The notes beneath the pieces are model-generated. The model worked only from the letters and a program-made list of their open reading frames with translations, did no database searches and was not told the origin of the DNA. Positions 1 to 12,530 of a DNA stretch of 64,000 bases are shown piece by piece. How positions within the stretch are numbered: position 1 is the first letter of the stretch; every line of letters starts with the position of its first letter. The DNA lies in contig NC_092353.1 in NCBI RefSeq assembly GCF_963676685.1, positions 20,307,307-20,371,306 of the forward strand, given 5' to 3'. This DNA is from Mytilus edulis. Taxonomy: Eukaryota. The translations under genes were made by a program, and so were the position numbers.

Positions 1-599
1 GGAATTATCTTCAAAACATTGGTTAATTGTTCTTACAATGAATGTAAACTCAAGAGGAAATCAAGTTGTTTGTGTACCATGGGGGACACCTTTTTCTCCG
101 CAATGTATGATTATATGACCATCCTCATTATGATCCATTATCCTGGTATATTATAAAAACGAATGTTTGCAATTACATGAATTAGCTTCAGAGATCATTC
201 CTATACGATTTTTCTCACACATATTTACTTTAATTTGATTGCCATATAAATCTTACATAATTGCCAAAATCGTTTAAAAACACCTGCGTATTTCTTTATA
301 TGTGCGATCGAATAACCTTGAAAATGGGTAAAGAGGAATGTCAACAGTTCGAACATAACAAACAGTCTTTAACATATATTTAGGCAAGTATTGGGTAAAG
401 GCACACAATTTTTACAGAAAAAATAGCAAAACGGCGAAAATTTGTCCACGGCGAATATGCGCCACCCACTCTAGAGTCAAAATCAAACGATTGAAAAACG
501 GACTGCAGTGTTTAAAAGAGAGACGAATGCTACCAAAGCTGATCATTCAAATTCATTAGCCGAAATAAATATACATAATTCATCTTAATAAAACAAAGA

Positions 600-790
600 A
601 ATTGAGTATTCGCAATTGGAAACTGAAACCATCTCTTATGTCACTCAGTCGTAAAGTTTTGTTCTTAACCATCCTTCATTGTCAATTTATTGATGTACTA
701 GGAAGTTAAGATATGAGGCAGCCTTAACTTTATCTAAGTGATCCTTTATTTCAATTTCAATGGGATCGATGCATTCAAATAAGTCATCAC
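600..790 (-). mobile_element. Degenerate fragment of the Penelope/LINE-like retroelement family (region homologous to 7090-7270)
   Basis: Direct alignment by eye: 'tcattgtcaatttattgatgtactaggaagttaagatatgaggcagccttaactttatc' versus 7133-7200 'tcattgtcaatttctagatgtaagtcaagatatgaagccgacttaactgtatc'. No intact ORF. Confidence 0.4.
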
Positions 791-1189
791 GCATTAGGAG
801 AAAAAAGTAAAAAATCACAAAAATACCGAACTCCGAGGAAAATTCAAAACTGAAAGTCCTTTATCAAATATATGAGAACATCAATTGAATAAGATAAGGT
901 AACGGATACTGTTAGCGGCTTTTAATTCTTTAAAGAGACTCTTATCTACAACGGGTACTAATTAAACAATGGATCATATGATATAATTCTTTCTGAACAA
1001 CCAACAGATTATGGACGCGGGAAACAACACACTAGAGAAGAGTCACATGAGAAGATCAGAAAGACATGCTGCACCAGGACGAGGACAGATGAAGACGATG
1101 ATGAAAGATGAAATCAATCACCGGTCAATTGTCCTGTTTGCTGAATATATGCGTTTGTGTTAACATTGCGGTGCGGAGGATATGTATCA

Positions 1190-1300
1190 ACCGTTTGTAC
1201 CGGGTTTGTACGTACGTGAACAACACGACGGGTGCCACATGTGCCATATGTGGAGCAGGATCTGCTTACCCTTCCAGAGCAGCAAACAACTGCAATGCTC
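1190..1300 (+). mobile_element. Fragment of the retroelement 3' tail containing the CCACATGTGG palindrome
   Basis: Matches 9722-9790: 'gtgccacatgt...ggagcag(g/t)atctgcttacccttccagagca'. Listed ORF 1108..1371 overlaps it and is judged spurious. Confidence 0.35.
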
Positions 1301-2854
1301 CACTTGAGAGAAAGCAGCGGATTTTTAAGAGAAAACTAACCTGGAAAACGAAGCAAAGGGAAGAAGGCTAGATGGAATATACTAGATTGATCAGGACTCG
1401 TTGGTGAAGTTCATCGAGGAAAAGACCAACTGAAAATTTAATCTTAATGAGGTGTTCAAAAAGACGCAACTAAAGAAACTCGTGGAGAGACGATGACTAT
1501 TCAATTACTAGTTTTCCAAATTGCAGAGAAACGATCTCAATGATTTCCTCAATGAGTTGATGAAAACAGAGACATATACTAACAATTGTATTATATGTCT
1601 CTGATGAAATAGGGACTTGAAAAAGCCCCGGTCGAAGACGAGCTAGAAGTTAAAGACACACGTGTTGCGTTAAATGGTGTCCTAGGTACGGTAACAATTC
1701 GACATACGATGAAGAAAAATGATGTAGACAAGTACTTGTTCTTTATTAAGAGCAATATTTTTGGTGCATTTACTAAGAAGAAGGTGTAAATACAAATGTA
1801 CTTTCAAAAGTGTAGATGCTGAAAATGTATAACAAAAATACCGAACTCCAGTAAATTGGAAAGGAAGCTGAATTCTACAAATAAGGAGGTAATATATATC
1901 ACCCCATACTTGAGATCGGACTTAGCAACCATACATGAATCGACAGACCTCAAATATGAGATTGATTTCATGGTTGAGAAGATCAAAAATACATGACTTA
2001 CTTTCAGCGCGCGCGTAGAGAAATGGACTGGTGATCTTAAAGTGTAGGGCATTATTGCGTTCTCGGTCGTACTCGGAGCCACTGCTAAGTTTGAAATGCA
2101 GAATGAGCATACCGCTGTGAACAATGAGGATGTGAATAAAGGATGGAGAAAACAATTGGAAGTATATCCTTTAAGAATAAAAAGGAACACAGGTATGGAG
2201 CACTTAAACCTCATGTTTCTAACTTGCAACGAAAAATCTTACTGTTGGGTGAATAGCTAGACTCTTGGGATCACAATCATGAAATCTTTGTTGCCGTCGG
2301 TGTTGGAGTCACTTCTCTAGACATGACATCTTAGATCTTAGATATTGAGTATTGTAGTCAAAAGAAGCCGTTGAAGATCACCAGAGGATGATACGTGCAC
2401 AAGATTCACTTTATCATTTCTATTAAGCGATGAGAGTTCCGATCACAGTCTACGTGGACTTTGATTACTTTATGAAGAAGATTGATTAGCGCCAGCCCAT
2501 CAAAAGCTCACAAGAAGCAATTTCAACATCGCACACCATCTTTATTTTGTTATTTAGTGAAGAACATACATGACTAAGGATTGTTACGCGTATTGAGAAT
2601 GGTAGAAGCCATCATCAAGATTTACCGAGGCAAGAAATTGATACCAGGGATAATGATGACTGAGGAAGACGATGAATGTTTTAATACAAGCATGGACATG
2701 CAGTCATTTATATCAGTGAGAAACCTCTAGTGCAACACATGCTTCTCGATCACAATCGTCTCAAAGGGAAATATCAAGGTCATGCACACAACAGCTGTAA
2801 CTTGGTCAACAAACTATCACGGTTTGTTCCCAAATCGTTTTATATAAATAAGGC

Positions 2855-3045
2855 CGTTAGCTTTCTCGTTTGAATTGTTTTACATTGTCATATCCCCGAT
2901 TCGGGGCCTTTTATAGCTTACTATATGGTATGGACTTTGCTCATTGTTGAAGGCCGTACGGTGACTTATAGTTGTTAATGTCTGTGTCATTTTGGTCTCT
3001 TGTGGACAGTTGTCTCATTGGCAATCATACCACATCTTTTTTTTT
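2855..3045 (+). mobile_element. SINE/MITE-like short interspersed repeat (~190 bp), full-length copy
   Basis: 'ggccgttagctttctcgtttgaattgttttacattg...ggactttgctcattgttgaaggccgtacggtgac...ttggtctcttgtggacagttgtctcattggcaatcataccacatct' followed by a T-run. Homologous copies or fragments at 3655-3720, 17940-17990, 22750-22830, 27640-27745 (-), 28305-28565 (-), 29225-29450, 36790-36975, 37740-37790, 39320-39360, 45725-45845, 57945-58135. Confidence 0.6.
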
Positions 3046-3654
3046 AATATTAATCAATTTAAGATATTTATGACGACATGTGATAAACTTCATGTTGTTG
3101 CTACAAATGGAAGAGTATCCCTTAGATTTCATAAATGGTTAAAAATGATTGAAGGAGGTTGAACGAACTAGCATCCAAACAAGACTTTTACAGCAAACTC
3201 AACGGCGAAGACAATAGCAACGAAGACTGTGCTCATGCACAAACGGTGTATTTAGATACTTTCGTGTGTAAGAACTTCCGGGAGTGATTATCACAATATT
3301 TATCTACAATTCGATGTATAACTGTTTACGAAAATTTTGTAATACTTGTGTGCATGAAAACTACAAGCTAATTCCAACTTAGTACTATCACCAGGATAAG
3401 TCTGTAACGCAGCGCTCAAAACAAAGAGTCAGATTTGAACTGTTGTTTAGTTCAATTCAATTCAAAGCTTATAGGCAGCATGTCACATAACAAATTAAAA
3501 TAATCTTTTGAACTTTTATAACCGATACATACATACAATTTCACAATAACTATACAAAATACTAATATTAAAACACAAAAGACATAGAACATACATTCCA
3601 TGCACATTTTCGCTGAACTAATTTAAATACTATATGTTATACATAATGGTTTAC

Positions 3655-3720
3655 TTTTATCAAAATTGTTACTTGGATGGAGAGTTGTCGCATTGGCACT
3701 CATACCACAGCTCCCTATAT
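3655..3720 (+). mobile_element. 3' fragment of the same SINE family
   Basis: 'ggatggagagttgtcgcattggcactcataccacagct'. Confidence 0.4.
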
Positions 3721-6700
3721 CTATGAGCACTAAGCCAAAAGCAACAAAAAAACTAAAGCAATTAAGACATGCTACAGAAATTTGGCAAATCAACCAGAGA
3801 AGTCGTGGCCATGATAAACTATTGACATGGCAAGGATAACAGTCCGTACATGACCGACAACGACAAAACACAACAGTACAATTAGCAAACCTGCCTGTAG
3901 GGATAGGTTATGACACAACCCATACCTACAGAAGACTTTGAACGGACGGAACCTGCGGATATCGAAGAAATTCTTAACTACTAAAACGATGACAAGGGGT
4001 ACATGGTTCAATGCGACGACGAGTACCCACAAGAATTCCACATCAAACATGACGATTTTGCGTTGGAGCCTGAGAATTAAGATATCAACAAGGTGAACGA
4101 ACTGAATAACATGTATATACTCCATTACCACAATTTGAAACAGTGCTTAGCAATGGCATTTCATTTGACCAAGGTCAACCACATCATCGGGTTCGAGGCG
4201 TCTCCATGGCTCAAAATGTATATATCAACATGAACACAAGTCTTCACGCCAAGGCAAAAACCAACTCTGAGAAGACCTTTTTTTTAAAACTTTTGAACAA
4301 TTCGGTGTTCAGCAATATCATGGAGATCATCTGCAATAGCGTTGACGTCAAACTGGTAACAAATTAAAACCCACAGTAGTATACCGCTGTTCAATATTCA
4401 TACTTCGATTAAGCAAAACAAATCAAAGTTGAAAACTAAAGCACAGGGAAATACATCAAATATAAGAGGAAAGGAACAAAAACAAAACCCACTGAACTGC
4501 AACAAAATCAAACGCCAACAAAAATAGAAACGGACTGAAAATAACAACTGCCATATTCCTGACTAAGTACAGGCAATTTAAAAAAAAATTACAAGTTGGA
4601 ACTGATCTTATGGTTATCCAACCCTCCCTTTTACATGTCAATGATACAAAAACCGTAAAAAATAACAACAAGTTTAAGTTCGTCAAATAAAGCATGGTAG
4701 ACAAGTTTGGATGTTATGGAGAGAGCAAGGAATTGATATGAAAAGTCTGGTCGACGACCTATTGCGTAACCAAAATAAAAGCTCACAATATCTGGCCAGT
4801 ATAATGAAACAAAATGGTGGGTTATTCAACCAATGAAAGATTGCAGTATGATGAAATCAAAGCATAACAATATGTCTAAACAGACACGATGGATATAGAA
4901 CAGTCGAAGAAAGCTCATGATGGGGCGATAAAAGAAGTCCAGAAAAAAATGTAGATTAGTCTGAATGTGGTGCAGAAAAATTGGTACCGTTACTGTTACT
5001 ACCACCACTGGGTCGATGCCTCTGCTGGTGGACTGTTAGTCCCGAGGGTATCACCAGCCCAGTAGCCAGTACTCCGGTACTGGCATGAAAATACGGATTT
5101 TTTGTGTTATTAAATTTGCTGTTACAAAATGTTAAAAAATATTATAAATTAAGGAATGTATCTCCCTCATGCAAAGCTCTGACTCCTTTCATGGATTTGG
5201 CTATACTTTTTTTGGAACTTTTGGATTATAGCTCTACATCTTTTATATAAGCTTTGGATTTTACATATTTTTGCCACGAGCATCACTGAACAGACATTAT
5301 TTGTCGAAATGCGCATCTGGTGCAGAAAAATTGGTACCGTTAATGTTATTATATCAAACAACAGTACGTGTAACATGAAAATTGACATAGATATTTGAAA
5401 ACAATTGGATTGCTTATCCTTGACGGAAAACAGCCGATAAACTGGTGACGAAAGTCTAGTATTCAAATAATTTGCAAGAACTGACTGTAAACATGCATGC
5501 GAGAGAAATCAGATTGAGAAAAGCTCGAATAAGAAATTGGAAGAACATCGACCAAAACCTGACACTCAATTCAGACTAAGCATGATCAAACGATTGATCG
5601 AATGAAGTCAACTCTTCAACGTCTAAGTAACCTTATTAGTCTTGTCAAATCGTTAAGATAATTTAGCTTCATGAGTTGTTGTAACTGTATGTCTGATTGT
5701 TTGATCCAAAAATGGCTGACGGTATAAACTCCAAAGCTCTTAGCTGATACATCAAGATGAAATTTTCACTGGTCTCCGCGGGTCTGTGTCTAAGGGGAGA
5801 AATATTACCTGCCGGTACATATATCCTGTTCCTGTTTTGCTTTCGCTAGACCTTTTAGATGCGGTTCACGTCTTGATCTGCTACTGGATTTCATGCTCGT
5901 AGAATGAACCATGCATCTTCTCATCGTTGAAATCCTTGAGACTTTAAGTCGGAGGAAAATTGATTGTTTAAACTTGGGAAGCGGTGGCCACTAGTCGTGT
6001 ATCCCTATTCAAACATACTCTTCTTCTTAGGGTAATAACTATAACTGTTTTGAAACTATAATTATACAAACAACACTATCAAAAACTATAGAATTAAAGT
6101 TAAGTCAATTGTTTAGATTTGCTAATTCAGTATTTGTAGTGGTTATATCTCGAAACTTGATACATTAATCCACAGTCATCTCAACTAAGGTACCTTAACT
6201 GAAATACAACACACTTCAAATTATAATATCATCTAATGCATCCAGCGTATTTTTATTTATCATTTTACCTAGGATAGTTCGTGGTGAAATATCATCAGAA
6301 AAAGTGCTTGAAAACGGCTTCTGTTGGTATCTTAATTTGATTAAAAAGGTCAATGACATTGCTCCTACCATCTGCATATTTTGTTTAGAACTTCATTTTG
6401 AATGTTTTCATCTATGCTTTTTTTGAGACCTGACATTTTACACACCTTACAGCCAAATCCTCCATTTGGCTAATGTACCCAATATTTTAATCGTCATGAA
6501 TATGCATGTAAAAGAGGGACGAAAGATACCAAAGGGACAGTCAAACTCATAAATCTAAAATAAACTGATAACGCCATGGCTAAAAATGAAAAACAGAAAC
6601 AGAAAAACAATAGTACACATGACACAACAGAGAAAAACTAAAGAATAAACAACACGAACCCCACCAAAAACTAGGGGTGATCTCAGGTGCTCCGGAAGGG

Positions 6701-6811
6701 TACGCAGATCCTGCTCCACATGTGGAACCCGTCGTGTTGCTTATGTGATTACAAATCCGGTAAATAGTCTAATTCGGTAGGTCACATTCATGAAAGGGAA
6801 GGGGATTGTAG

Positions 6812-7088
6812 TTACGACGTAAGGAACATATCCGATATCATTTGTGAAACGGTTAATCCATAACGGTCAACCAACTCGTAATGGCGTCCGTAAAATTTAC
6901 GAAGGGATGATTTCAACTTCACCATTTGGAACTCTTGGTTTAATAGCTTCCTTTTGAGCAGTAACCCGGCCTCTATCAAGAAAATCATGATAGGAAATGC
7001 AAGCACGGGAATATCGTATCAATTGGGAGATATATACCCCGTATGCAGGTGCTGCTGGAATGTTGCTACTTAGAAATGAAAAGTTCAC
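6812..7088 (-). pseudogene. Frameshifted C-terminal conserved domain of the same retroelement ORF
   Basis: 'NIPAAPAYGVYISQLIRYSRACISYHDFLDRG' then, after a frame shift, 'LLKRKLLNQEFQMVKLKSSLRKFYGRHYELVDRYGLTVSQM'. This is ~80% identical in amino acids to the intact-frame copy at 9254-9655. Confidence 0.45.
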
Positions 7089-7104
7089 AATTGGAAAGCT
7101 GAAA

Positions 7105-8070
7105 TCATCTCTTTTGTCGTAAAGTTTTTGTTTTCAACCGACCCTCATTGTCAATTTCTAGATGTAAGTCAAGATATGAAGCCGACTTAACTGTATCTGT
7201 AGTATCCTTTATCTCCAATTCGATGGAATAGATGCGTTCCACATAGTCACCAAATTTTGAATTGTTTAGTGAAAGAACGTCATCTATATAGCGGAAAGTA
7301 GAGTTAAAGGATTTTGCTAACTTCTTATCTTTCTTCCTAAGAAGTTTCTGCATGAAGTCAGCCTCATAATAATAAAGAAACAAGTCGGCAAGTAGAGGAG
7401 CACAGTTTGTTCCCATTGGGATGCCGACAGTTTGTTGAAAAACACGTCCTCCGAACGTTACAAATATGTTGTCAATCAAGAAATCAAGCATCTTGATAAT
7501 ATCGGTTTCAGAGAATTTTTTGTTTGAATCAGAGTGATTCTTTACAAAGTATGATTTATCCCTCCCTAAGACAAGATACTTGTATCTACGTTGGCCATTC
7601 TTTTTTATGAAGCAAAATAATACCAACTCTTTCCATTTGTCTTTTAGTTTGGAATGTGGAATACTTGTGTAAAGAGTAGAAAAGTCAAATGTTTTAATAC
7701 TGTTACAAGATGAAAGAGAGTTAGATTGTATGTACTCTAAAAGATCTTTGGAATTTTTAAGTATCCACATCTGATTCACGCCACCTCTAGAATAGGCAGT
7801 TTCACAATAACTTTGAAGCCCGTCTTTTATTGCTGATAAAAGAGATGTTAATAATTTAGAAAGAGGTTTCGTGGAGCACTTGGAAGATCCAGCAATATAC
7901 CGTTGTTTGTAAGGACACTTATGTAGTTTAGGTATCCAATACAGTGATGGAAGATCCAGTTCTTCATCTTTGGTTGAAATACCAAAGGAACAAAGAACAG
8001 ACCTATGATTATCAAGGATTTCCTCTTTGGTAAGTGTCGTGAGGGTATATGTTGAGTTAATATATGACAC
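7105..8070 (-). CDS. Reverse transcriptase domain (retroelement pol fragment)
   Basis: Motifs read from the translation: 'YWIPKLHK...QRYIAGSSKCSTKPLSKLL' (K-x-H-K plus R-x-I-x-x-S, resembling the Penelope-like RT N-terminal signature, from memory); 'FDFSTLYTSIP' (motif A-like); 'GIPMGTNCAPLLADLFL' (motif B'); 'FRYIDDVLSL' (YxDD catalytic motif C). Confidence 0.65.
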   Translation of the reverse strand: MSYINSTYTLTTLTKEEILDNHRSVLCSFGISTKDEELDLPSLYWIPKLHKCPYKQRYIAGSSKCSTKPLSKLLTSLLSAIKDGLQSYCETAYSRGGVNQMWILKNSKDLLEYIQSNSLSSCNSIKTFDFSTLYTSIPHSKLKDKWKELVLFCFIKKNGQRRYKYLVLGRDKSYFVKNHSDSNKKFSETDIIKMLDFLIDNIFVTFGGRVFQQTVGIPMGTNCAPLLADLFLYYYEADFMQKLLRKKDKKLAKSFNSTFRYIDDVLSLNNSKFGDYVERIYSIELEIKDTTDTVKSASYLDLHLEIDNEGRLKTKTLRQKR

Positions 8071-9239
8071 TGGACATTAAACAAGCAGCAATCAATCTGT
8101 TAAGTTCACAATTAGTCATATAACTGACTATTTATACACCTTTGACACTACAAACTTGACAGTACTTCCAAAATAGCTGGTTTGTTGTATTTCAGTTAAA
8201 TGTTGTAGATTCTTTATTATTCTTTTGAGGGGGGAGATTTCTTGTGTTAAGGTGAAACAACATATCCAAATGTTCACCGGATCAGAACTTTTCCATATTT
8301 GTTTGCAGACTTTGACAAAAACGAATCAAATATCCACGAGAATGCGATTCTCTCTAATACACTAAGTTAATACCCACAAAAATAAATAAATTGACATGAA
8401 CTTAAATTCAACCCATGCATAATTTACCTGGGTATGGTGGTTACATCTGAGAGTTTAGGTCATTTAGATTATTTGTTCAGTGAATCTCAAGGTTAATGCA
8501 TAGATAGTTTTGATCTGATCAATATAATATTAATTTTATGCTGGTCATGGTCTAAAATTTTACTCACAGATTTCCTTAGATAGTGCTTCTGTAAATAGTT
8601 ATCTTCTACACGTTTCTTCTACATTAGACTCATCCATAAGGCTCAGATCAAAATGGTTATAAAGCGAAACAAGTACTAAGTTGACGAGCATTGAGAACCC
8701 AAAATTCCAAAGAGTTGTGCCAAATGCAACTGAATCAAAACTAATTTTATTTTGTACCTTCTACAAATATTTACATTTTGCAATTCAAAATGAAATTTTG
8801 TTGTTAAGATATGTGGTATGCAATTCTTGATTTTTTTTAGATGAAACCACAATACACTTTTTTTGTAAAGAATAATATTTTGACTACCATCAAAACTTTA
8901 ATTTCCAAATGGGTTCAGCAGGAAATTGTTCCCTCATTGCTTAGTTTATAATTTATCTTGTTTTAATGTCAAATAGAACTAAATAAACAATTCCTGTGTT
9001 AGTCTCATCAAGATTTCATTATTTCTACAATGGTCAATGATATAATTGTAATTTCAAGACCATACCTGCCAGCTTTCCTGATATAAGTGGGATTTCCCCA
9101 ATGAGGGGTGCTAGAGTGAACTCATCATTGCAACTGAGGGTACATCAAAACAGGTAGTTAAAGGAGTTTCAATGAAATTTTAGGGTTCATTGGGAAATTG
9201 TGTCAAATTTGATGACTCTGTTGAACGCATCTATCCTAT

Positions 9240-9960
9240 CTAACTAGAGTATAATGGATACAGCTAAGTCTGCCTCAAATCTTGACTTACATCTAGAAAT
9301 TGACAATGAGGGTCTGTTGAAAACAAAACTTTTCGACATAAGAGATGATTTCAGCTTCCCAATTGAAAACTTGCCATTTCTATGTAGCACTATTCCAGCA
9401 GCGCCTGCATACAGAGTATATACCTCCCAATTGATACAATATGCTCGTGCTTGTATTTCCTATCATGATTTTCTTGATAGAGGGTTGCTGTTCACAAGGA
9501 AGCTTTTAAACAAAGAGTTCCAAATGGTGAAGTTGAAATCATTCCTTCATAAATTTTACGGATGCCATCGCAAGTTAGTTGACAGTTATGGAATAACCGT
9601 TTTTTCCATAACCGTTTCACAGATGACATCTTATAATATGCTCCTTATGTCATAACTGCAATCCCCTTCCCTATTCAGGAATGTGACCTACAGAATTAGA
9701 CTATTTACCAGGTTTGTAATAACATGAGCTGGTGCCACATGTGGAGCAGTATCTGCTTATCCTTCCAGAGCACCTGAGATCATCCCCAGTTTTTGGTGGG
9801 GTTCGTGTTGCTTAGTCTTTAGTTTTCTATGTTGGATCTTGTGTACTATTATTTGTCTGTTTGTCTTTTTTGTTTTTAGCCATTGCGTTTTCAGTTTATT
9901 TTGGATCTATGAGTTTGACTGTTCCTCTGGTATCTTTAGCCCCTCTTTTATAGTGTTTCT
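9240..9960 (+). mobile_element. Second copy of the same retroelement family: 3' portion only (C-terminal domain plus tail), head-to-head with the copy at 6500-8090
   Basis: ORF 9254-9655 'SASNLDLHLEIDNEGLLKTKLFDIRDDFSFPIENLPFLCSTIPAAPAYRVYTSQLIQYARACISYHDFLDRGLLFTRKLLNKEFQMVKLKSFLHKFYGCHRKLVDSYGITV' matches the end of the 7105-8070 ORF ('SASYLDLHLEIDNEGRLKTK') and the 6812-7088 frames. Tail 9655-9960 is the reverse complement of 6500-6810. Confidence 0.55.
9254..9655 (+). CDS. Retroelement ORF C-terminal domain fragment (intact frame, 133 aa)
   Basis: See above; the domain is not identifiable by me as GIY-YIG or another named nuclease. Confidence 0.5.
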   Translation: MDTAKSASNLDLHLEIDNEGLLKTKLFDIRDDFSFPIENLPFLCSTIPAAPAYRVYTSQLIQYARACISYHDFLDRGLLFTRKLLNKEFQMVKLKSFLHKFYGCHRKLVDSYGITVFSITVSQMTSYNMLLMS

Positions 9961-11304
9961 GTGTTTTCTTTGACTAAACCTTAATACCTAATGAAACATT
10001 GAACCAGGTATGTAGATCTGGTAAATGATCCAAATCCAATAAACACATTTATTTACTTGATGGTAAAAACTACAACAAAAACTATTCATGATTCTGACTG
10101 GGCTGACCCTGTGCTTTATACATTCACAAGTCTTTAAAGTGCTATTTTCATTTTCAAGTTAATTGCAGAATAAGAATAACAAATTTAATCCTATCCTTTT
10201 TTTTATTAAATATATTAAACCATAATACAAATCATTATCACAAAACCAAAACCTTTTTTTTTTATCACAAAGTATAAAGCAATTAGTTAAATGCTAACCA
10301 GGTGCTCCGCAGGGCGCAGCTTTATACGACCGCAGAGGTCGAACCCTGAACAGTTGGGGCAAGTATGGACAAAACATTCAAGCGTGATACAGCTCTGAAT
10401 TTGGATTGTGATCAAATTTTTGACATTACATGGTTTTTTTTTACACAAAACAAATGTCAAGATTTTACAAATCAATTAAAAATTTCTTCTTCAAACTTTT
10501 TAAATCTAAAATTAAATAGTTGACACAGCATAGGTTTCTGACACAGAATGAATGTGGTTTAATGAACTTAAAAGTTTTTTTTGCCTTTGAGCAATTCACT
10601 ATGCTGTTGAATATTAATCCTCTCAAAAAAATGTTTGAAGAAATTTTCTTTTTATTTATGAAATCTGAAATGACAAAAATTAAACCCCCCCCTCCTTTTT
10701 TTCACATCCCCGTTTCCCTTTTTCCAAAACTGATATCAATTCAAATTTCTAATGGAGTTTGCAACAATAACTACTCTTTTAAATACATCATAAAATATTA
10801 AAATGTAAAATAAAGTGCTTGTTATCACTGAATGGTAAAGATTGGTTGGTAGTAAAAGTGAATATACATTGTTTATTGTTTAAAACAATAAAAAAAACTT
10901 CATCAGCAACATTTTATATTGGCAAATTTCCAATGAAGTTATTTACATAAAGTTATTGGCAAATAAAAATAGAAAATGACATCATAGTCATGTCTGGCAA
11001 ATGTCCAACATACATTATCTAAAAACATTTTAGATAAGATAAGGAAAAAAAGCTTCATCAGCAACATTTTATATTGGCAAATTTCCAATGAAGTTATTTA
11101 CATAAAGTTATTGGCAAATGAAAATATAAAATGACATCATAGTCATGTCTGGCAAATTTCCAACATATATTATCAACTACTATTCTATACAAAGAAAGAT
11201 AACTCCAATTGAAAATTAATTGCTATTGCACAATATTGTGCAATTAGATATTTCTTGCTATTGTGCAATACTGTGCAATTGAAAATTTCTTGCTATTGCA
11301 CAAT

Positions 11305-11865
11305 ACTTGATATGGAATCCTGATTTGGACCAACTTGAAAACTGGGCCCATAATCAAAAATCAAAGTACATATTTAGATAAAGCATATCAAATAAGCCCA
11401 AGAATTTAATTTTTGTTAAAATCAAACTTAGTTTAATTTTGGACCCTTTGGACCTTAATGTAGACCAATTTGAAAACTGGACCAAAAATTAAGAATCTAC
11501 ATACACAGTTAGATTTGGCATATCAAAGAACCCATTTATTCAATTTTTGATGAAATCAAACAAAGTTTAATTTTGGACCCCCATTTGGACCAACTTGAAA
11601 ACTAGGCCAATAATTAAAAATCTAAATACATTTTTAAATTCAGCATATCAAAGAACCCCAAGGATTCAATTTTTGTTAAAATCAAACTAAGTTTAATTTT
11701 GGACCCTTTGGACCTTAATGTAGACCAATTTGAAAACGGGACCAAAAATCAAGAATCTACATACATAGTTAGATTCGGCATATCAAAGAACCCCAATTAT
11801 TCAATTTTTGATGAAATCACACAAAGTTCAATTTTGGACCCTTTGGGCCCCTTATTCCTAAACTG
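11305..11865. repeat. ~122 bp tandem repeat, ~4.6 units (internal array of the family A element)
   Basis: Unit 'ttggaccaacttgaaaactgggcccataat...aatcaaac(a/t)(a/t)agtttaattttggaccc'. Confidence 0.7.
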
Positions 11866-12460
11866 TTAGGACCAAAACTCCCAAAATCAAACCCAACCTT
11901 CCTTTTATGGTCATAAACCTTGTGTTTAAATTTCATAGATTTCTATTTACTTATACTAACGTTATGGTGGGAAAACCAAGAAAAATGCTTATTTGGGTCC
12001 CTTTTTGGCCCCTAATTCCTAAACTGTTGGGACCTAAACTCCCAAAATCAATACCAACCTTCCTTTTGTAGTCATTAACATTGTGTTTAAATTTCATTGA
12101 TTTCTATTTACTTAAACTAAAGTTATTGTGCGAAAACCAAGAATAATGCTAATTTGGGCCCTTTTTTGGTCCCTAATTCCTAAACTGTTGAAACCAAAAC
12201 TCCCAAAATCAATCCCAACCGTTCTTTTGTGGTCATAAACCTTGTGTCAAAATTTCATAGATTTCTATTAACTTAAACTAAAGTTATAGTGCGAAAACCA
12301 AGAAAATGCTTATTTGGGCCCTTTTTGGCCCCTAATTCCTAAAATGTTGGGACCAAAACTCCCAAAATCAATACCAATCTTCCTTTTGTGGTCATAAACC
12401 TTGTGTTAAAATTTCATAGATTTCCATTCACTTTTACTAAAGTTAGAGTGCGAAAACTAA
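11865..12460. repeat. ~150-160 bp tandem repeat, ~4 units (second internal array)
   Basis: Unit 'ccctaattcctaaactgttgggaccaaaactcccaaaatcaataccaaccttccttttgtggtcataaaccttgtgtt(a)aaatttcatagatttctat...gcgaaaaccaagaaaaatgcttatttggg'. Confidence 0.7.
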
Positions 12461-12465
12461 AAGTA

Positions 12466-12530
12466 TTCGGACGCAGGACGACGACGACGACGACGACGCC
12501 GACGACGACGCCGACGCAGACGTGATAGCA
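12466..12530. repeat. (ACG)n / (GAC)n microsatellite preceding the element's 3' hairpin
   Basis: 'gacgcaggacgacgacgacgacgacgccgacgacgacgccgacgcagacg'. Confidence 0.8.

Larger units (their letters stand above)
6500..8090 (-). mobile_element. 5'-truncated retroelement with reverse transcriptase (Penelope-like/LINE-like), ~300 bp 3' UTR tail
   Basis: RT ORF at 7105-8070 (-). Its C-terminal conserved domain continues frameshifted in ORFs 6897-7088 and 6812-7006 (-). The 3' tail (6500-6810) contains the palindrome 'ccacatgtgg' and is shared with copies at 9655-9960, 1190-1300, 61100-61440 and 61930-62000. No coding sequence upstream of 8070, so the copy is 5' truncated. Confidence 0.6.

Noticed and set aside
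1804-2229. 141-aa and 77-aa minus-strand ORFs
   Set aside because: No domain resemblance, AT-rich hydrophobic and stop-poor composition, no splice-site context. Treated as chance ORFs.
10300-10370. tRNA gene or tRNA-derived SINE head suggested by GGTTCGACC (box B-like) on the minus strand of the family A left arm
   Set aside because: No box A and no cloverleaf can be drawn. The motif is part of the left arm whose inverse appears at the right-end hairpin. A chance resemblance is more likely.
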